A stretch of DNA of 64,000 bases from the NCBI GenBank assembly GCA_951406725.2, contig OX597835.1, forward strand, positions 37,262,001-37,326,000, read 5' to 3'. The stretch's first letter is position 1. Every line of letters starts with the position of its first letter. The position numbers and the translations under genes were made by a program. Of the stretch, positions 12,485 through 25,389 are shown piece by piece. The notes under the pieces were generated by a model. It searched no databases. It saw only the letters and a program-made list of their open reading frames with translations, and was not told the DNA's origin. This DNA comes from Octopus vulgaris (Eukaryota).

Positions 12485-12628
12485 AGCTTGTCAATGAAAG
12501 TGCCTTAAAGATTCCTGTGAAACCAAGTGTGGACACAGAAATGAAATCATTGAAGCACATCCTGAATCCACACTTGAGACAAACTGTTCTGCACCCAACC
12601 AATCCTTTTCAAGTTGAGCTCCTCTCTG
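12485..12628 (+). CDS. Internal coding exon of an unidentified host gene (phase 1-1)
   Basis: Long poly-T + CAG acceptor, GTATGT donor, 144 nt open: LVNESALKIPVKPSVDTEMKSLKHILNPHLRQTVLHPTNPFQVELLS. Non-repetitive sequence. Confidence 0.7.
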
Positions 12629-12805
12629 GTATGTAAACACCTTGTTCATTCATTCCTCTTCTTCCTCCTCCTCTCCTCTGTTCCCTTCCTCCTCTCTGCT
12701 CACCATCTCACCCCTCTCCTTTGCTGTGCCCCAGGGAAGATCTTCAAACACCAGCTCAGCCCTGGTGATCTTCGCCACTAGCTCAGCCTTGATGTCCCAG
12801 GTTGA

Positions 12806-13028
12806 AGGTGGCGAACTGGCAGAAACGTTAGCATGTTTAGCCGTATTTCGTCTGCCGCTACGTTCTGAGTTCAAATTCCGCTGAGGTCAACTTTGCCTTT
12901 CATCCTTTCGGGGTCGATTAAATAAGTTCCAGTTACGCACTGGGGCTGATATAATCGACTTAATCCGTTTATCTGTCCTTGTTTGTCCTCTCTGTGTTTA
13001 GCCCCTTGTGGATAGTAAAGAAATAGGT
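12806..13028 (+). mobile_element. SINE family B
   Basis: Near-full copy ending AGTAAAGAAATAGG. Confidence 0.85.
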
Positions 13029-13029
13029 A

Positions 13030-13570
13030 GAGTGGTTGGTGTTTTTCCCAACTGCGCCCTGTCCATAATAATCCCTGGGATTAAAATCAGGAGAATGTGG
13101 AGGCCAGGAATAGGGGCTGGTGTAGTCATAGAAATTCTCTGACAACCGCTTCTGATTCTTACCAGAGTTATAGCAAGGAGCTGAATACTGCTGCAACACA
13201 TATGACCTTCCAACAACAACCCTCTCCAGCCAGGATTTCACCACAATCACCAACAGCTTCACATAGCCATCTGAACTGAGCCTAAGGCCCAGTTCAAAGG
13301 CATGAGGTCACATGCTGTCACCCCAACTGGAGATACACCCAAAGACCATGACAATTTGGTTTTCATGATGTCCATTCACATCTTACAGCCTTTAAAATGT
13401 TCACATTTTGAGCATTGAACCACAGTTGTGACGTTTTTAGATACTCGGCATGAATTATCATGGTATAGGTTACTCTTTTTCCAATACTCAGATGACTTCC
13501 AGCCCATCTTGTCAGCTAACTCTTTTTCTGAACGTTGTTGACTGTTCACCAATACATCAAGCAGTTCTTG
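13030..13570 (-). mobile_element. Tc1/mariner (maT/DD37D-like) transposase remnant
   Basis: KLLVIVVKSWLERVVVGRSYVLQQYSAPCY...WPPHSPDFNPRDYY..GAV.K.TN. Confidence 0.8.
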
Positions 13571-14314
13571 AAAAAAAAAAAAAAAAAGAAAATGAGACAA
13601 AATAGCATCAAATTTATCCTGAATCTATTGACCCTGAAAGGATGAACAGCAAAATCAACCTTGGTAGAATTTGAACTCAGAATGTAAAGACAGACGAAAT
13701 ACCGCTAAGCGTTACACCTGGCGCTCTAACGTTTCTGCCAGCTCGCCATCTTGGGCTTCTTTCACTTTCTGTCTTCCAAATCCACTAAGAAGCTTTTGGT
13801 CAGCCTGAGGCTATAGTAGAAACACTTGCCCAAGGTGCCATGCAGTGAGACTGAACCTGGTATCATGTGGGTGGAAAGCAAGCTTCTAACCACCCAGCCA
13901 GGCCTGCGCCTGTGTTCATATGTTTTATGTTTGTCTTGAATTTCATCATATAGCCCTCCTACTTATTTGTTTTCTTTTTCCAGATATTCTTATTTAAATA
14001 AGTTCAAATGCGTGACCTATCTGATTTGCCAAAAGAACAAATTGTGTGTGTGTGTGTGTGTGTATGTGTGTGTGTATGTGTGTATGTGTGTGTGTATGCG
14101 TGCGTGTGTGTGTATGTGTGTGTGTATGAGTGTGTGTGTGTGTATGTGTGTGTGTATGTGTGTGTATGTATGTGTATATGTATGTGTGTGTATGTGTGTG
14201 TGTGTCTGTGTGTGTGTATGTGTATGTATGTGTGTGTGTGTAGATACTTACTCACTCACTCACTCACACATATAGATGCAAACATCCATTTGTAGTAAAA
14301 CCGTTTTTTTATAG

Positions 14315-14550
14315 GTTGTCCGTTGGAACATCACCAGTCTGAAATAATTGCCAGGCAGTCCCAGTCTGTTTTCAAGAAACACCTTCAGGTGATATATCCA
14401 ATATCTTCCAAACTTTGGTCAGAAGAAATGGAAGAAAATGAATGGAAAGATAATGAAATTGTGACAGTTCTTCAGAAACAAATATCGACAGCAGACAACC
14501 AAATCAGGAGAGGATTTCTTCGTTGGGTGGCATTGCCCGAAGTTATAGAG
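14315..14550 (+). CDS. Internal coding exon of the same host gene (phase 1-0)
   Basis: TTTTTTTATAG acceptor, GAG|GTAATA donor. Splices in frame to 12628: GCPLEHHQSEIIARQSQSVFKKHLQVIYPISSKLWSEE...RRGFLRWVALPEVIE. Confidence 0.75.
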
Positions 14551-14564
14551 GTAATAATAAAAAC

Positions 14565-15620
14565 GTTTTCAAATTTTGGCACAAGGCCAGCAATTTCAGG
14601 AGATAGGGTAAGTTAATTAAATCAACCCCAATGCTTAATTGGTACTAATTCTATTGACCCCGAAAGGCTGGAAGGTAAAGTTGACCATGGTTGAATTTGA
14701 ACTCAGAATATAAAACCAAATGAAATGACAATGATTCTGCCCGTTCATCGTCTTGTGATAATAATGGTACTGGTTTCAAATTTTGATGCAAGGCCAGCAA
14801 TTTAAGGGGACAGTATACGTTGATTAAATCTACCCCAATACTTGTGCTAATTTTTATCAACCCCAAAAGGATAAAAGGCAGAATTGACCTCAGGTGGATT
14901 TGAGCTCAGAACACAAAGACAGATGATATGCCATTGAGAATCTTTCCTGGCATGCTAACCATTCTGCCAGCTCACTGTCTTAAGGTAATAATAGTATTAA
15001 CTTCGAATTTTGGTACAAGGCCAGCATTGGGGGGTGGGGGCGCAGGTGTAAATTGATTATATGGACCCTAGTGTTTGACTGATATTTATTTTATTGACCT
15101 CCAAGGATGAGAGGCAAAGTTGACCTTCGCAAAATTTGAAGTCAGATTGTAAAGATGGATCAAATGTGGCTCAGAATTTTGTCTGGCAATGCTAACGATT
15201 CTACCAACTCGTTGCCTTGTTCATATTAATAAACAATGATTTCTCACAGAAACTGGAATCTTTTATCTTTTACTCATTTTAGTCATTGGATTGTGACCAT
15301 GCTGGGGCACTGAAGGGTTTAATTGAACAAATTGACTCTGGTACTTATTTTATTGCTCTCTTTTGCCAAACTGCTAAATTACAGGGATGTAAACAAACCA
15401 AGGATGGTTGTCAAGTAGTGGTGGAAGACAAGCACAAATACAAAGTCCCACTTTCTCCCCCACTCCATATGATGAGCTTCTTTCAGTTTCCATCTACCAA
15501 ATCCACTCACGAGGTTTTGGTCAGCCTGAAGCTATAGTGGAAGACACTTGCCCGGCATGTGAACCCAGAACCATGTGGTTGGGAAGCAAACTTCTTAACA
15601 CACAGTCAAACTGGCACCTA
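14565..15620 (-). mobile_element. Cluster of degraded SINE B copies followed by SINE A
   Basis: Repeated GCACAAGGCCAGCAATTT...GACCCC...GAAAGG motifs; SINE A at 15265-15620. Confidence 0.75.
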
Positions 15621-16519
15621 TGAATTGCATTTGCAAAGGGGACATCTAATTATTTCAATCCCAGTTCTTCACTGATATTTATTTTATCAACCCCTGGAAG
15701 GTTGAAAGGCAAAGGGAATCTCAACAAGATTTGAACTCAGCATGTAAAGTACCACTACTACATACCACCCTAAATTTGTCTTGATTTCTTTGTAAGAAGC
15801 CCAGCCTTTCCGTTCCAATTTTGGCAAATGTCTTCAACTGGTTGGATGCTTCCTTGAATTGAAAAACTCAGTAAAATTGACGATATATCATGAAATAATG
15901 GTAACAGAAGTCTGTGTAACAGATTGATCTATTAGCTTCTTGTCCTGATTAATCAATTGATTTCTTGTCCCTGGATTGATCAACTATAGCTTCAAATACC
16001 TCCTATCCTGGCAATTTTATTAGATGAGAGAATGTTGCAATGAATCAAAGGCTCTGTTAGTTTCAGTATTTCATTCCAAATTTCCACTTCTTAAAGTGGA
16101 AATTTCTACTTCCTAAACTAATACTGTTTCAACAGAAATAACATTAGAGTAAATTTGTAATTTGTGTATCATACTCAATGCAGATACGTCACAGAAAGCT
16201 GACTTAAGTATGGTATTCATCCCCGAGATAAAATCTCTTATAGATGTACAGTCTCAGGATAAATACTGCAGTTAATTTGGTTTCCCATGGTGTATCTACA
16301 TTAAGTATGATCCACAGATTGCAATGTTACATCACTCATGCCATTCATAAACCATTATAATTACAACTTCGTCAGCAGCATCTACATTGTGGTTGTTTTT
16401 GATGTTCCAAGTTAGATGTTTGCCATTTCTTACAAGGAATTCTTTTTTATTCTTCATATCTCTCATCTGCTTCTTTGCAAATCTGAAGACACTGACACAG
16501 CACATGAGTTTTCTTTCTT

Positions 16520-17590
16520 TTATTCTTTTACTTGTTTCAGTCATTTGATTGTGGCCATGCTGAAGCATTGCCTTAAAGGGTTTTAGTCAAAGACATCGAC
16601 CCCAGGACCTTATTCTTTGTAAGACCCCAGGACATATTCTATAGGCTGCTTTCGCCAAAGCACTAAGGTATGGGGATGTAAACACACCAACGTCTGTTGT
16701 CAAGTAATGGGTGGTGGGGGACAAACACAGACACAAAGACAAACACACATAAATACACACAAACACACACACACACATACAATGGGCTTGTTTCAGTTTC
16801 CATCTACCAAATCCACTCACAAAGCTATGATTGGTTTGAAGCTATTGTGCCACGCAGTGGGACTGAACCTGGAACCTCAGTTTTGCTGTGTTTTTCCTTC
16901 CCTCCTGAGCCACAGTGTATATCAATGTTTCTCAGTTGCAGCTTTCAGGGCTGCTTATGGCTTTCAAGCTTTCCCTCCAATGGCCCTGAACAGGCTTCCC
17001 TCAATAAATATAATCCATTTTACACTTAATTCATTGACCCTGAAAGGATGAAAGGCAAAGTCGACCTTGGAGTAATTTTGAACTCAGAATGTAGACATGG
17101 ATGAAATGTTGCCAAGTATGTATGTATGTATGCAAATAGGTGCAGGAGTGGCTGTGTTGTAAGTAGCTTGCTTACCAACCACATGGTTCCAGGTTCAGTC
17201 CCACTGTGTGGCACCTTGGGCGAGTGTCTTCTACTATAGCCTCAGGCCGACCAAAGCCTTGTGAGTGGATTTGGTAGATGGAAACTGAAAGAAGCCTGTC
17301 ATATATGTGTGTGTGTGTGTGTGTGTTTATGTATTTGTGTTCTGCCAGCTTGCCACCTTGGTAATAATGATAATAGTAATAATCCTTTCTGCTAAAGGCA
17401 CAAGGCCTGAAATTTTGGGGGAGGGGACTAGTCAATTACATTGACCCCAATGTTTTACTGATACCTAATTCATCCACCCTGAAAGGATGAGAGACAAAAT
17501 CAACCTTGGTGGAATCTGAACTTAGAATGCAGGCACAGATAAAATGCTGCTAAGCATTTTGTCTGGCATGCAAATGATTGTGCCAGCTAA
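16520..17590. mobile_element. SINE A (-), SINE B fragments and SINE A head (+)
   Basis: Similarity to the family copies above. Confidence 0.75.
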
Positions 17591-17814
17591 TGATCCTCAC
17601 TTGTCTTTAAGAGGTTTTGGTGCAGCCTCTACTAATATGGATATATAATTATAATTATAATTAAGGGTACTGAGAACAGCACCAATATGCTAGAAATAGA
17701 AGTCAAAATGACTCTAAAACCACACACATTGTGCACTCCTTTAGCACTGGTGAAAGGCGAGAGGATGAACAAAAAGGATTTAGCAAATTCTTATATATAT
17801 ATATGTATATGTAT

Positions 17815-18090
17815 ATAATAGTTATCGCCATACTAATATGGCATTCTTATAAAAATAAGAATAAAGCTGTCCGCTTATTAGCTCCATGAGGCCATCGCCT
17901 TAAGTTAGCTATTTGATACACAAACTGTATCCATATAACTTAAGGCGATGGCCTCATGGAGCTAATAAGCGGACAGCTTTATTCTTATTTTTTATAAGAA
18001 TGCCATATTAGTATGGCGATAACTATTATTTTCCGGGAACGCTGCCGTTGTTCTCTTTTGCTTAGTAATTTTAATATTTCTATTATATAT
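17815..18090. repeat. Near-perfect 93-bp-arm fold-back plus unique tail, in (TA)n
   Basis: Arms 17815-17907 and 17936-18029 differ by one homopolymer base. Confidence 0.85.
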
Positions 18091-18371
18091 GTTCGTTTAA
18101 CGTCCGTTCTCCATGCTAGAGACTTCGAGTAATGCACCAGGCTTCTAATCTGGCAATTTCTGCCCTTCCTAACGCCAACCACTCCGTGATATATGCCACC
18201 TGCACAGGTACGGCCACGGTCAGATTGGTGTATTTTATGTGCCACCGGCACGGAAGCCAGTCGAGGCGGTGCTGGCATCGGCCACGAGTCGGATAGTGCT
18301 TTTTACGTACCACCAGACCAGGGATCCTATATTTATATATATGTATCTATTTGTATGTATGTATATATATA

Positions 18372-18554
18372 TATAAGCTTAAAGCTCATGGTGATCACTG
18401 TGCAATGATTAAAGAAAATAGTTTAATAGTGGGGCATGTAAGCCCTCAACAGAAAATAGAAGGCTTTCCTATCCTCTGTCGAGGGCTTATATTCCTCGTT
18501 AGACTATTTTCCTTAGTCATTGCACGGCGATTGCCATAAGCTTTTAGCTTATAT
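18372..18554. repeat. Palindromic MITE-like hairpin (~80-bp arms)
   Basis: TAAGCTTAAAGCTCATGG...AAGCCCTCAACAGA / TCTGTCGAGGGCTT...CCATAAGCTTTTAGCTTA; mismatches mostly transitions; TA-flanked. Confidence 0.75.
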
Positions 18555-18840
18555 GAAAATACCATTATCATTATTTACAGGATTGTAAAATATGGCGCCA
18601 TATAACAAAACCATTCACACCAAAAACATATATATATATATATGTGTGTATATTTATAGGTTACTGTTGTAGTCTTTTTGGAGGTCATAGGAATAAGTGG
18701 CTATCATTTAGTAACAGCAGTTCTAGGTTTTAATGAAACAATATTATATTTCCAAGACTGATTCCTACTTTTGCATCACACCAGTTTGAATCTTGTTAAC
18801 GGCTAAAAGGATCTGTCGAGATTCTTCAGGATTTTTGTTT

Positions 18841-18882
<42 letters not shown>

Positions 18883-19580
18883 CCTAAATTAGTGCTTTTT
18901 CTTTTTTTTTTGTCCGCTGCCTCTGAAGAGGACCTTTGAGATAATGACCTTTTTGAACTTTTTGAAGTTGAAAAATAAAAATAATTAAAAAAAACCACAA
19001 AAACAAAAAAAATCTATACATTTAGATCTAGTTTTAGATCTAGACTGAAGAATAAGCCTGCTGCTGGCTATATCTTCATATATTGGTAGAATCAATAGCA
19101 GACAGCATAAAACTGACGTTCATAGATGATACTTTAACTGAGTGTTATCACACCACTACCATCACCACCACCACCACCACCACCACCACCACCATACACG
19201 CTGCCAAATAGCACTTGGTTCCAAACTCGTACATGCCACACTTCTTTCAAAATTAAATCCACAATGAAATATCTAAGAAGTTCAATCACTAAAGTGCTTC
19301 CAACAAACAGTTTATTTATTTATTCATCTATCTATTTATTTAGAGATATCAGAACCTTCCTCAGTGATACAGAAACAGGATATATATATATGTGTGTATG
19401 TGTATATATATATATATATATACATACATGTATGTATGTAGCCTTAGGTTTATAGTTCTCGTAGTTTATGAATAAAGAGTGGCCATACAGATACACAAAA
19501 ACTGGACTAATATATATATATATATATATATATTCTGCTCTCACATGTCTGTCTGTCTATCTATCTATCATGCTATCTCC

Positions 19581-21215
19581 TATATAGGGACACTGCTAGT
19601 AAGGTGAGGGTTGGCAACGAGTACAGTGAAGAATTCCGGGTAGAGGTAGGGGTCCATCAAGGCTCAGTCCTCAGCCCCCTCCTATTTATCATAGTCCTCC
19701 AGGCAATAACGGAGGAATTCAAGACAGGATGCCCTTGGGAGCTCCTCTATGCTGATGACCTTGCTCTAATTGCTGAGTCGCTATCAGAACTGGAGGAGAA
19801 GTTTCAGGTGTGGAAACAAGGATTAGAATTGAAGGGCCTCAGAGTCAATCTAGCTAAAACCAAAGTCGTAATCAGTAGGAAGGTAGACAAATCACAAACG
19901 CCTTCAGGTAGATGGCCCTGCTCGATCTGTAGAAAAGGTGTAAGATGCACCAAGTGTAAGCTATGGACACATAAGAGGTGCAGCAATGTCAAAGGAAGGC
20001 TAACTAGGAAGATGGTTTTTGTATGTGGCAGATGCTCAGGAACAATAAACACTGAAAATGCTCTGAGACCAACTTCCGTCACTTTCCAGGGAGAAAAACT
20101 AGAAATAGTTGATAGCTTCCGTTTCCTAGGTGACCAAGTCAGCAGCGGGGGCGGGTGTGCTGAAAGTGTAACTGCTAGAGTAAGAATAGCTTGGGCAAAG
20201 TTCAGAAAGATCTTACCTCTGCTGGTGACAAAAGGCCTCTCGCACAGAGTGAAAGGCAGACTGTATGATGCGTGTGTACGAACAGCCATGCTACATGGCA
20301 GTGAAACATGGGCCGTGACTGCTGAGGATATGCGTAAGCTCGCAAGAAATGAAGCCAGTATGCTCCGATGGATGTGTAATGTCAGTACTCATACTCGGCA
20401 GTGTGTAAGTACCTTGAGAGAAAAGCTGGACCTAAGAAGCATCAGTTGTGGTGTGCAAGAGAGACGTTTGCGCTGGTATGGTCATGTGGCGAGAATGGAT
20501 GAAGATAGTTGTGTGAAAAAGTGCCACACCCTAGCGGTTGAGGGAACCTGCGGAAGAGGCAGACCCAGGAAAACCTGGGACGAGGTGGTGAAGCACAACC
20601 TTCGAACTTTAGGTCTCACTGAGGAAATGACTAGAGACCGAGACCTCTGGAAGTATGCTGTGCGCGAGAAGACCCAGGAGGACAAGTGAGTCCATAACCC
20701 GTGGCCTTCTACATGGGATGGAGCCAGCCTACATATGCATACCTTCCTTTCTTGGGACACAAAACTCTACTTGTGAAGACCTGTTGAGGCAAGTGAGGAT
20801 CAGAATCAAAATCGATCAATGGAAATTGCAGATGTGTTACCAGTGCCATGTAAGAGAACCTTCCATTTCGTGACGTTACCAGCGCCGCCCCAACTGGCCT
20901 TGTGCTGGTGGCACGTAAAAAGCACCATCCGTTCGTGTCCGTTGCCAGCCTTGCCTGGCCCTCGTGCCGGTGGCACATAAAAGGCACCATCTGTTCATGG
21001 CCGTTTGCCAGCTCTGTCTGGCACCTGTGCGGGTGGCACGTAAAAAGCACCCACTACACTCACGGAGTGGTTGGCGTTAGGAAAGGCATCCAGCCGTAGA
21101 AACACTGCCAGATTTGACTGGGCCTGATGAAGCCTTCTGCCTTCACAGACCCCAGTAGACCGTCCAGCCCATGCTAGCATGGAAAGCGGACGCTAAACGA
21201 TGATGATGATGATGA
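19581..21215 (+). mobile_element. 5'-truncated RTE-clade LINE with ~500-bp 3' UTR and (GAT)n tail
   Basis: ORF followed by UTR ending GGACGCTAAAC(GAT)n. UTR fragments recur at ~2720, 18090, 31125, 39315, 45403, 47047, 48630, 51157, 51510 and 52320. Confidence 0.95.
19604..20689 (+). CDS. RTE reverse transcriptase C-terminal half with embedded PHD-type zinc finger (truncated, open frame)
   Basis: GVHQGSVLSPLLF, LLYADD, VNLAKTK, FRFLG, MLHGSETW, RRLRWYGHV, GRPRKTW; C4HC3 insert at 19913-20035. Confidence 0.9.
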   Translation: MRVGNEYSEEFRVEVGVHQGSVLSPLLFIIVLQAITEEFKTGCPWELLYADDLALIAESLSELEEKFQVWKQGLELKGLRVNLAKTKVVISRKVDKSQTPSGRWPCSICRKGVRCTKCKLWTHKRCSNVKGRLTRKMVFVCGRCSGTINTENALRPTSVTFQGEKLEIVDSFRFLGDQVSSGGGCAESVTARVRIAWAKFRKILPLLVTKGLSHRVKGRLYDACVRTAMLHGSETWAVTAEDMRKLARNEASMLRWMCNVSTHTRQCVSTLREKLDLRSISCGVQERRLRWYGHVARMDEDSCVKKCHTLAVEGTCGRGRPRKTWDEVVKHNLRTLGLTEEMTRDRDLWKYAVREKTQEDK

Positions 21216-21334
21216 TATATATATATATATATATAATATATAGAGAGAGAGAGAGAGAGAAAGAAAGAGATCGATAGATATGTGTGTGCATGTCCATAAT
21301 TTCTTCAACTTATTTTAGCCATTCACCTAGAAAT

Positions 21335-21381
<47 letters not shown>

Positions 21382-21464
21382 TATACATATATATATACAT
21401 ACATATATATACATATATATATACATACATATATATACATATATATATACATACATATATATAC

Positions 21465-21495
<31 letters not shown>

Positions 21496-21496
21496 C

Positions 21497-21528
<32 letters not shown>

Positions 21529-21590
21529 CATCATCATTATCACGGACGTTAAACGATGATGATGATGATGATGATGATATATATATATAC

Positions 21591-21654
<64 letters not shown>

Positions 21655-21656
<2 letters not shown>

Positions 21657-22060
21657 CTCTTTTACTTGTTTCAGTCATTTGACTGCGGCCATGCTGGAGC
21701 ACCACCTTTAATCAAGCAACTCGACCCCGGGACTTATTGTTTTGTAAGCCCAGTACTTATTCTATCGGTCTCTTTTGCCGAACTGCTAAGTAACGGGGAC
21801 ATAAACACACCAGCATCGGTTGTCAAGCAATGCTAGGGGGACAAACACAGACACACAAACACACACGCATATACACATATATATACATATATGTACGACG
21901 GACTTCTTTCAGTTTCCGTCTACCAAATCCACTCACAAGGCTTTGGTCTGCCCGAGGCTATAGTAGAAGACACTTGCCCAAGGTGCCATGCAGTGGGACT
22001 GAACTCGGAACCATGTGGTTGGTAAACAAGCTACTTACTACACAGCCACTCTTGCGCCTA
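21655..22060 (-). mobile_element. SINE family A
   Basis: Full-length reverse copy. Confidence 0.9.
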
Positions 22061-22540
22061 TTAAGTGGAGATAAATATTACCTTTTGCTGTTAATACTAC
22101 TTCTGTTGCAATTAATTATTTTTTTTCTTAAGCCCAATGGTTAGTTGCAATAATTAGACACAGAGATTCTACATAGATTGCTGATGGGGGTATCACAGGA
22201 ATTTCTACCTTCGGACATCTACAACTGACAAGATCAAGGAAGGCTGAAATTATGTGATCTGGTGGTGATAGCAAATGATTATTTCCTGCTAGTGGTATAA
22301 ACACAAGTATTTATATGCACCACAAGTCATATAAGAGGGTGTATTGTGGTAAATAATGCAGTATTTTAAGTGGAGATAAATATTACTTTTCCACATTAAT
22401 ACTTCTGTCACTATTAATTAGACACACACACACATTTGATTAATGAGAGAGATGGAAGACACAAGATTGTTTATTAGGCAATACAATTGTTTCAATCCAT
22501 CTTGTATCGATCCTGCACTATTTAATGAGATGCATCTTGT

Positions 22541-22648
22541 AATCACCTGAAGAAGCACATCTACACCAACTGATACTTCTGAACCAGTTGTTAAGTATCC
22601 CACCCATAAGGGATCGATGCTAGATGAGTTGAAACAGCTGTAGTGATT
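22541..22648 (+). ncRNA. Hammerhead ribozyme type I with long stem II, inside a degenerate fold-back (22433-22697)
   Basis: AATCAC-CTGAAGA-AGCACATCTA...TAGATGAGTT-GAAA-CAGCTG-TA-GTGATT; 6-bp stem I and palindromic stem III. Confidence 0.75.
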
Positions 22649-22779
22649 AGTAAACATTCTCGTATTTTCCATCTTCTGTCTTTCTCATTAATCAAATACA
22701 CAGTGAACACTGTGAAATTGAACGTGCTTTACCAGTAAGCTACCAGGTGTATACAATATGACTTATCTAAGATATATAT

Positions 22780-23142
22780 ATTCTTTTACTTGTTTCAGTC
22801 ATTTGACTGTGGCCATGTTGGAGCACCACCTTTAGACAAACAAATTGACCCCAGGACTTGTTCTTTGTAAACTTAGTACTTATTCTATTGATCTTTTTGC
22901 TGAACCAACAAGTTACAAGGACGTAAACACACCAACATCAGTTGTCAAACAATGGTGGGGGACCGACATACAAACACATACGATGAGCTTCTTTCAGTTT
23001 CCGTTTACCAAATCCACTCACAAGGGTTTGGTCAGCCCAAGGCTATACTAGAAGACATATGCCCAAGGTGCCATGCAGTGGGACTGAACCCGAGATCATG
23101 TGGTTGGTAAGTAAACTACTTACCACACAGCCACTCCTGTGC

Positions 23143-23192
<50 letters not shown>

Positions 23193-23410
23193 CCTTTTAT
23201 TCTCTTACTTGTTTCAGTCATTTGACTGTGGCCATGCTGGAGACTGGCTTTAGTTGAAAAAATAAATCCCAGGACTTATTCTTTGTAAGCATAGTATTTA
23301 TTCTATCAGTCTCTTTTGCTGAACCACTAAGTTACAAGGATGTAAACACACCAACATCAGTTGGTGGTGGGGACAAACACAGACACACAAATACATATAC
23401 ACACACACAC

Positions 23411-23447
<37 letters not shown>

Positions 23448-23600
23448 TGCTTCTTCCAGTTTCCATCTACCAAATCCACTCACAAGTCTTTAGTTGGCTT
23501 GAGGCTAACGTAGAGGACATTTGCCCAAGGTGTCATGCAGTGGGACTGAAACTGGAATCGTGTTTGGGAAGCAAACTTCTCATCACACAGGCTCTCCTGC
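22780..23600 (-). mobile_element. Two tandem SINE A copies
   Basis: Reverse copies at 22780-23145 and 23195-23600. Confidence 0.85.
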
Positions 23601-23604
23601 ATAC

Positions 23605-23635
<31 letters not shown>

Positions 23636-24112
23636 CACACACACGTATATATATATATGTATACATACACACACACACATATATATATATATAGACAGAC
23701 AGGGAAACAGATAGATACACATACATACACACATGAAAATATATATGTATGTATTCACTGAAGAAGGTAGAAATTTTGGAGAATGGGTGACAGACTCTTT
23801 CCCCTGAGATCATTCAGCTAGAAAGGCAGTCCATGCCACATACACATAAATCTACAACTTATATTCATTGGTTGCAATAACCATACAGTACATATATCTA
23901 TATTATATAAGAGGGAGAAAGAAATATTTATTCAAAATTTCGTACTTTACAATTATTGTTTTGGTAGCAAATATTTACAACATGATGAGAAGAGAAAAGT
24001 TTCGGGAAATAACTGTCAGAAATACCATTGGGAGAGACATTGATGAGGAATATTTATACAATAAAGAAAAACACCATGAAATTAAATAAAAAGAAATACA
24101 AAAATACAACAA

Positions 24113-24114
<2 letters not shown>

Positions 24115-24157
<43 letters not shown>

Positions 24158-24247
24158 TATACATATATATACATATGCATATATGTGTGTGCGTGAGTGT
24201 ATATATGTGTATATATGCATATATGTGTGTATATATATATGTACATA

Positions 24248-24280
<33 letters not shown>

Positions 24281-24618
24281 TTGTATATATATGTATCTAG
24301 GGACTTATAAACAGTTTTGGAATTGGAGAAAATCATTTGGTGTTGAAGTGTTGGACACACACGCATAATCTTATACATAAAGATTCACATATGTATATTT
24401 ATTCACACACAGACACACAGATACATATCTATGTATGTACATATGCATAGAAAAAATGTATACATACACACACACGCACACATTCATACACACACACAAA
24501 TACTGTTCTTAGTGCATACAAACATACATATGTATATATTTATATATGTATGTGTATGTATAAGTATACATAAATACACATATATATACATGTATATATA
24601 CATACATATATATATGTA

Positions 24619-24684
<66 letters not shown>

Positions 24685-25338
24685 CATATATGTATGTATG
24701 TATGCATATATATCATTTATATCATTTCACTTAAATGAGATTTAACAATAAATATCAAATGGATATCAAATATTCATGTAGTGATATCCTGATATTTTCC
24801 CCCCCGTTGTGCGGGAATAGAGTATTATGAAATATGCAATGATTACACATGAAATATCAGTTGTGACAAACTTAAACTAACTCAATGGAAGCTGATGGCT
24901 ATTGAAATCATAAAAGCTGATGGCTATCTATGTTGTATATATCATGTCACCAGATAAATCAATTAGATCTAATGTATACATAGCGATATCATATCAGAGA
25001 TGTCTTTCTATATGAACATATACCTATACTCAAAAATGTAAGTATATATACATCTCAGTGAAAAAAAAAAAAAAAAAGAAATTTTCACTTGTATACATAA
25101 ATATATAGGTATGTGTGTTTGTGTAGGCATTAGTTTATGTGAGTGTGTGTGTATTAGTATTATGAGTGCACTTAGCCATAGTGGTACCAACAACCAGTAG
25201 TAAGAGCTTGTGATATTTATACTTCACAGTATTAGTGAGGTATATTCATGTATGCATATACATATGTGTGTCTGTGTCTGTGTATATTTATATTTGTTAT
25301 ATACATTACATATATATGATATATATACGTATGTATGT

Positions 25339-25389
<51 letters not shown>

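Noticed and set aside
13984-14043. Strong acceptor suggesting an exon between the called exons
   Set aside because: Stop codon in the required phase 1, and it runs into (TG)n.
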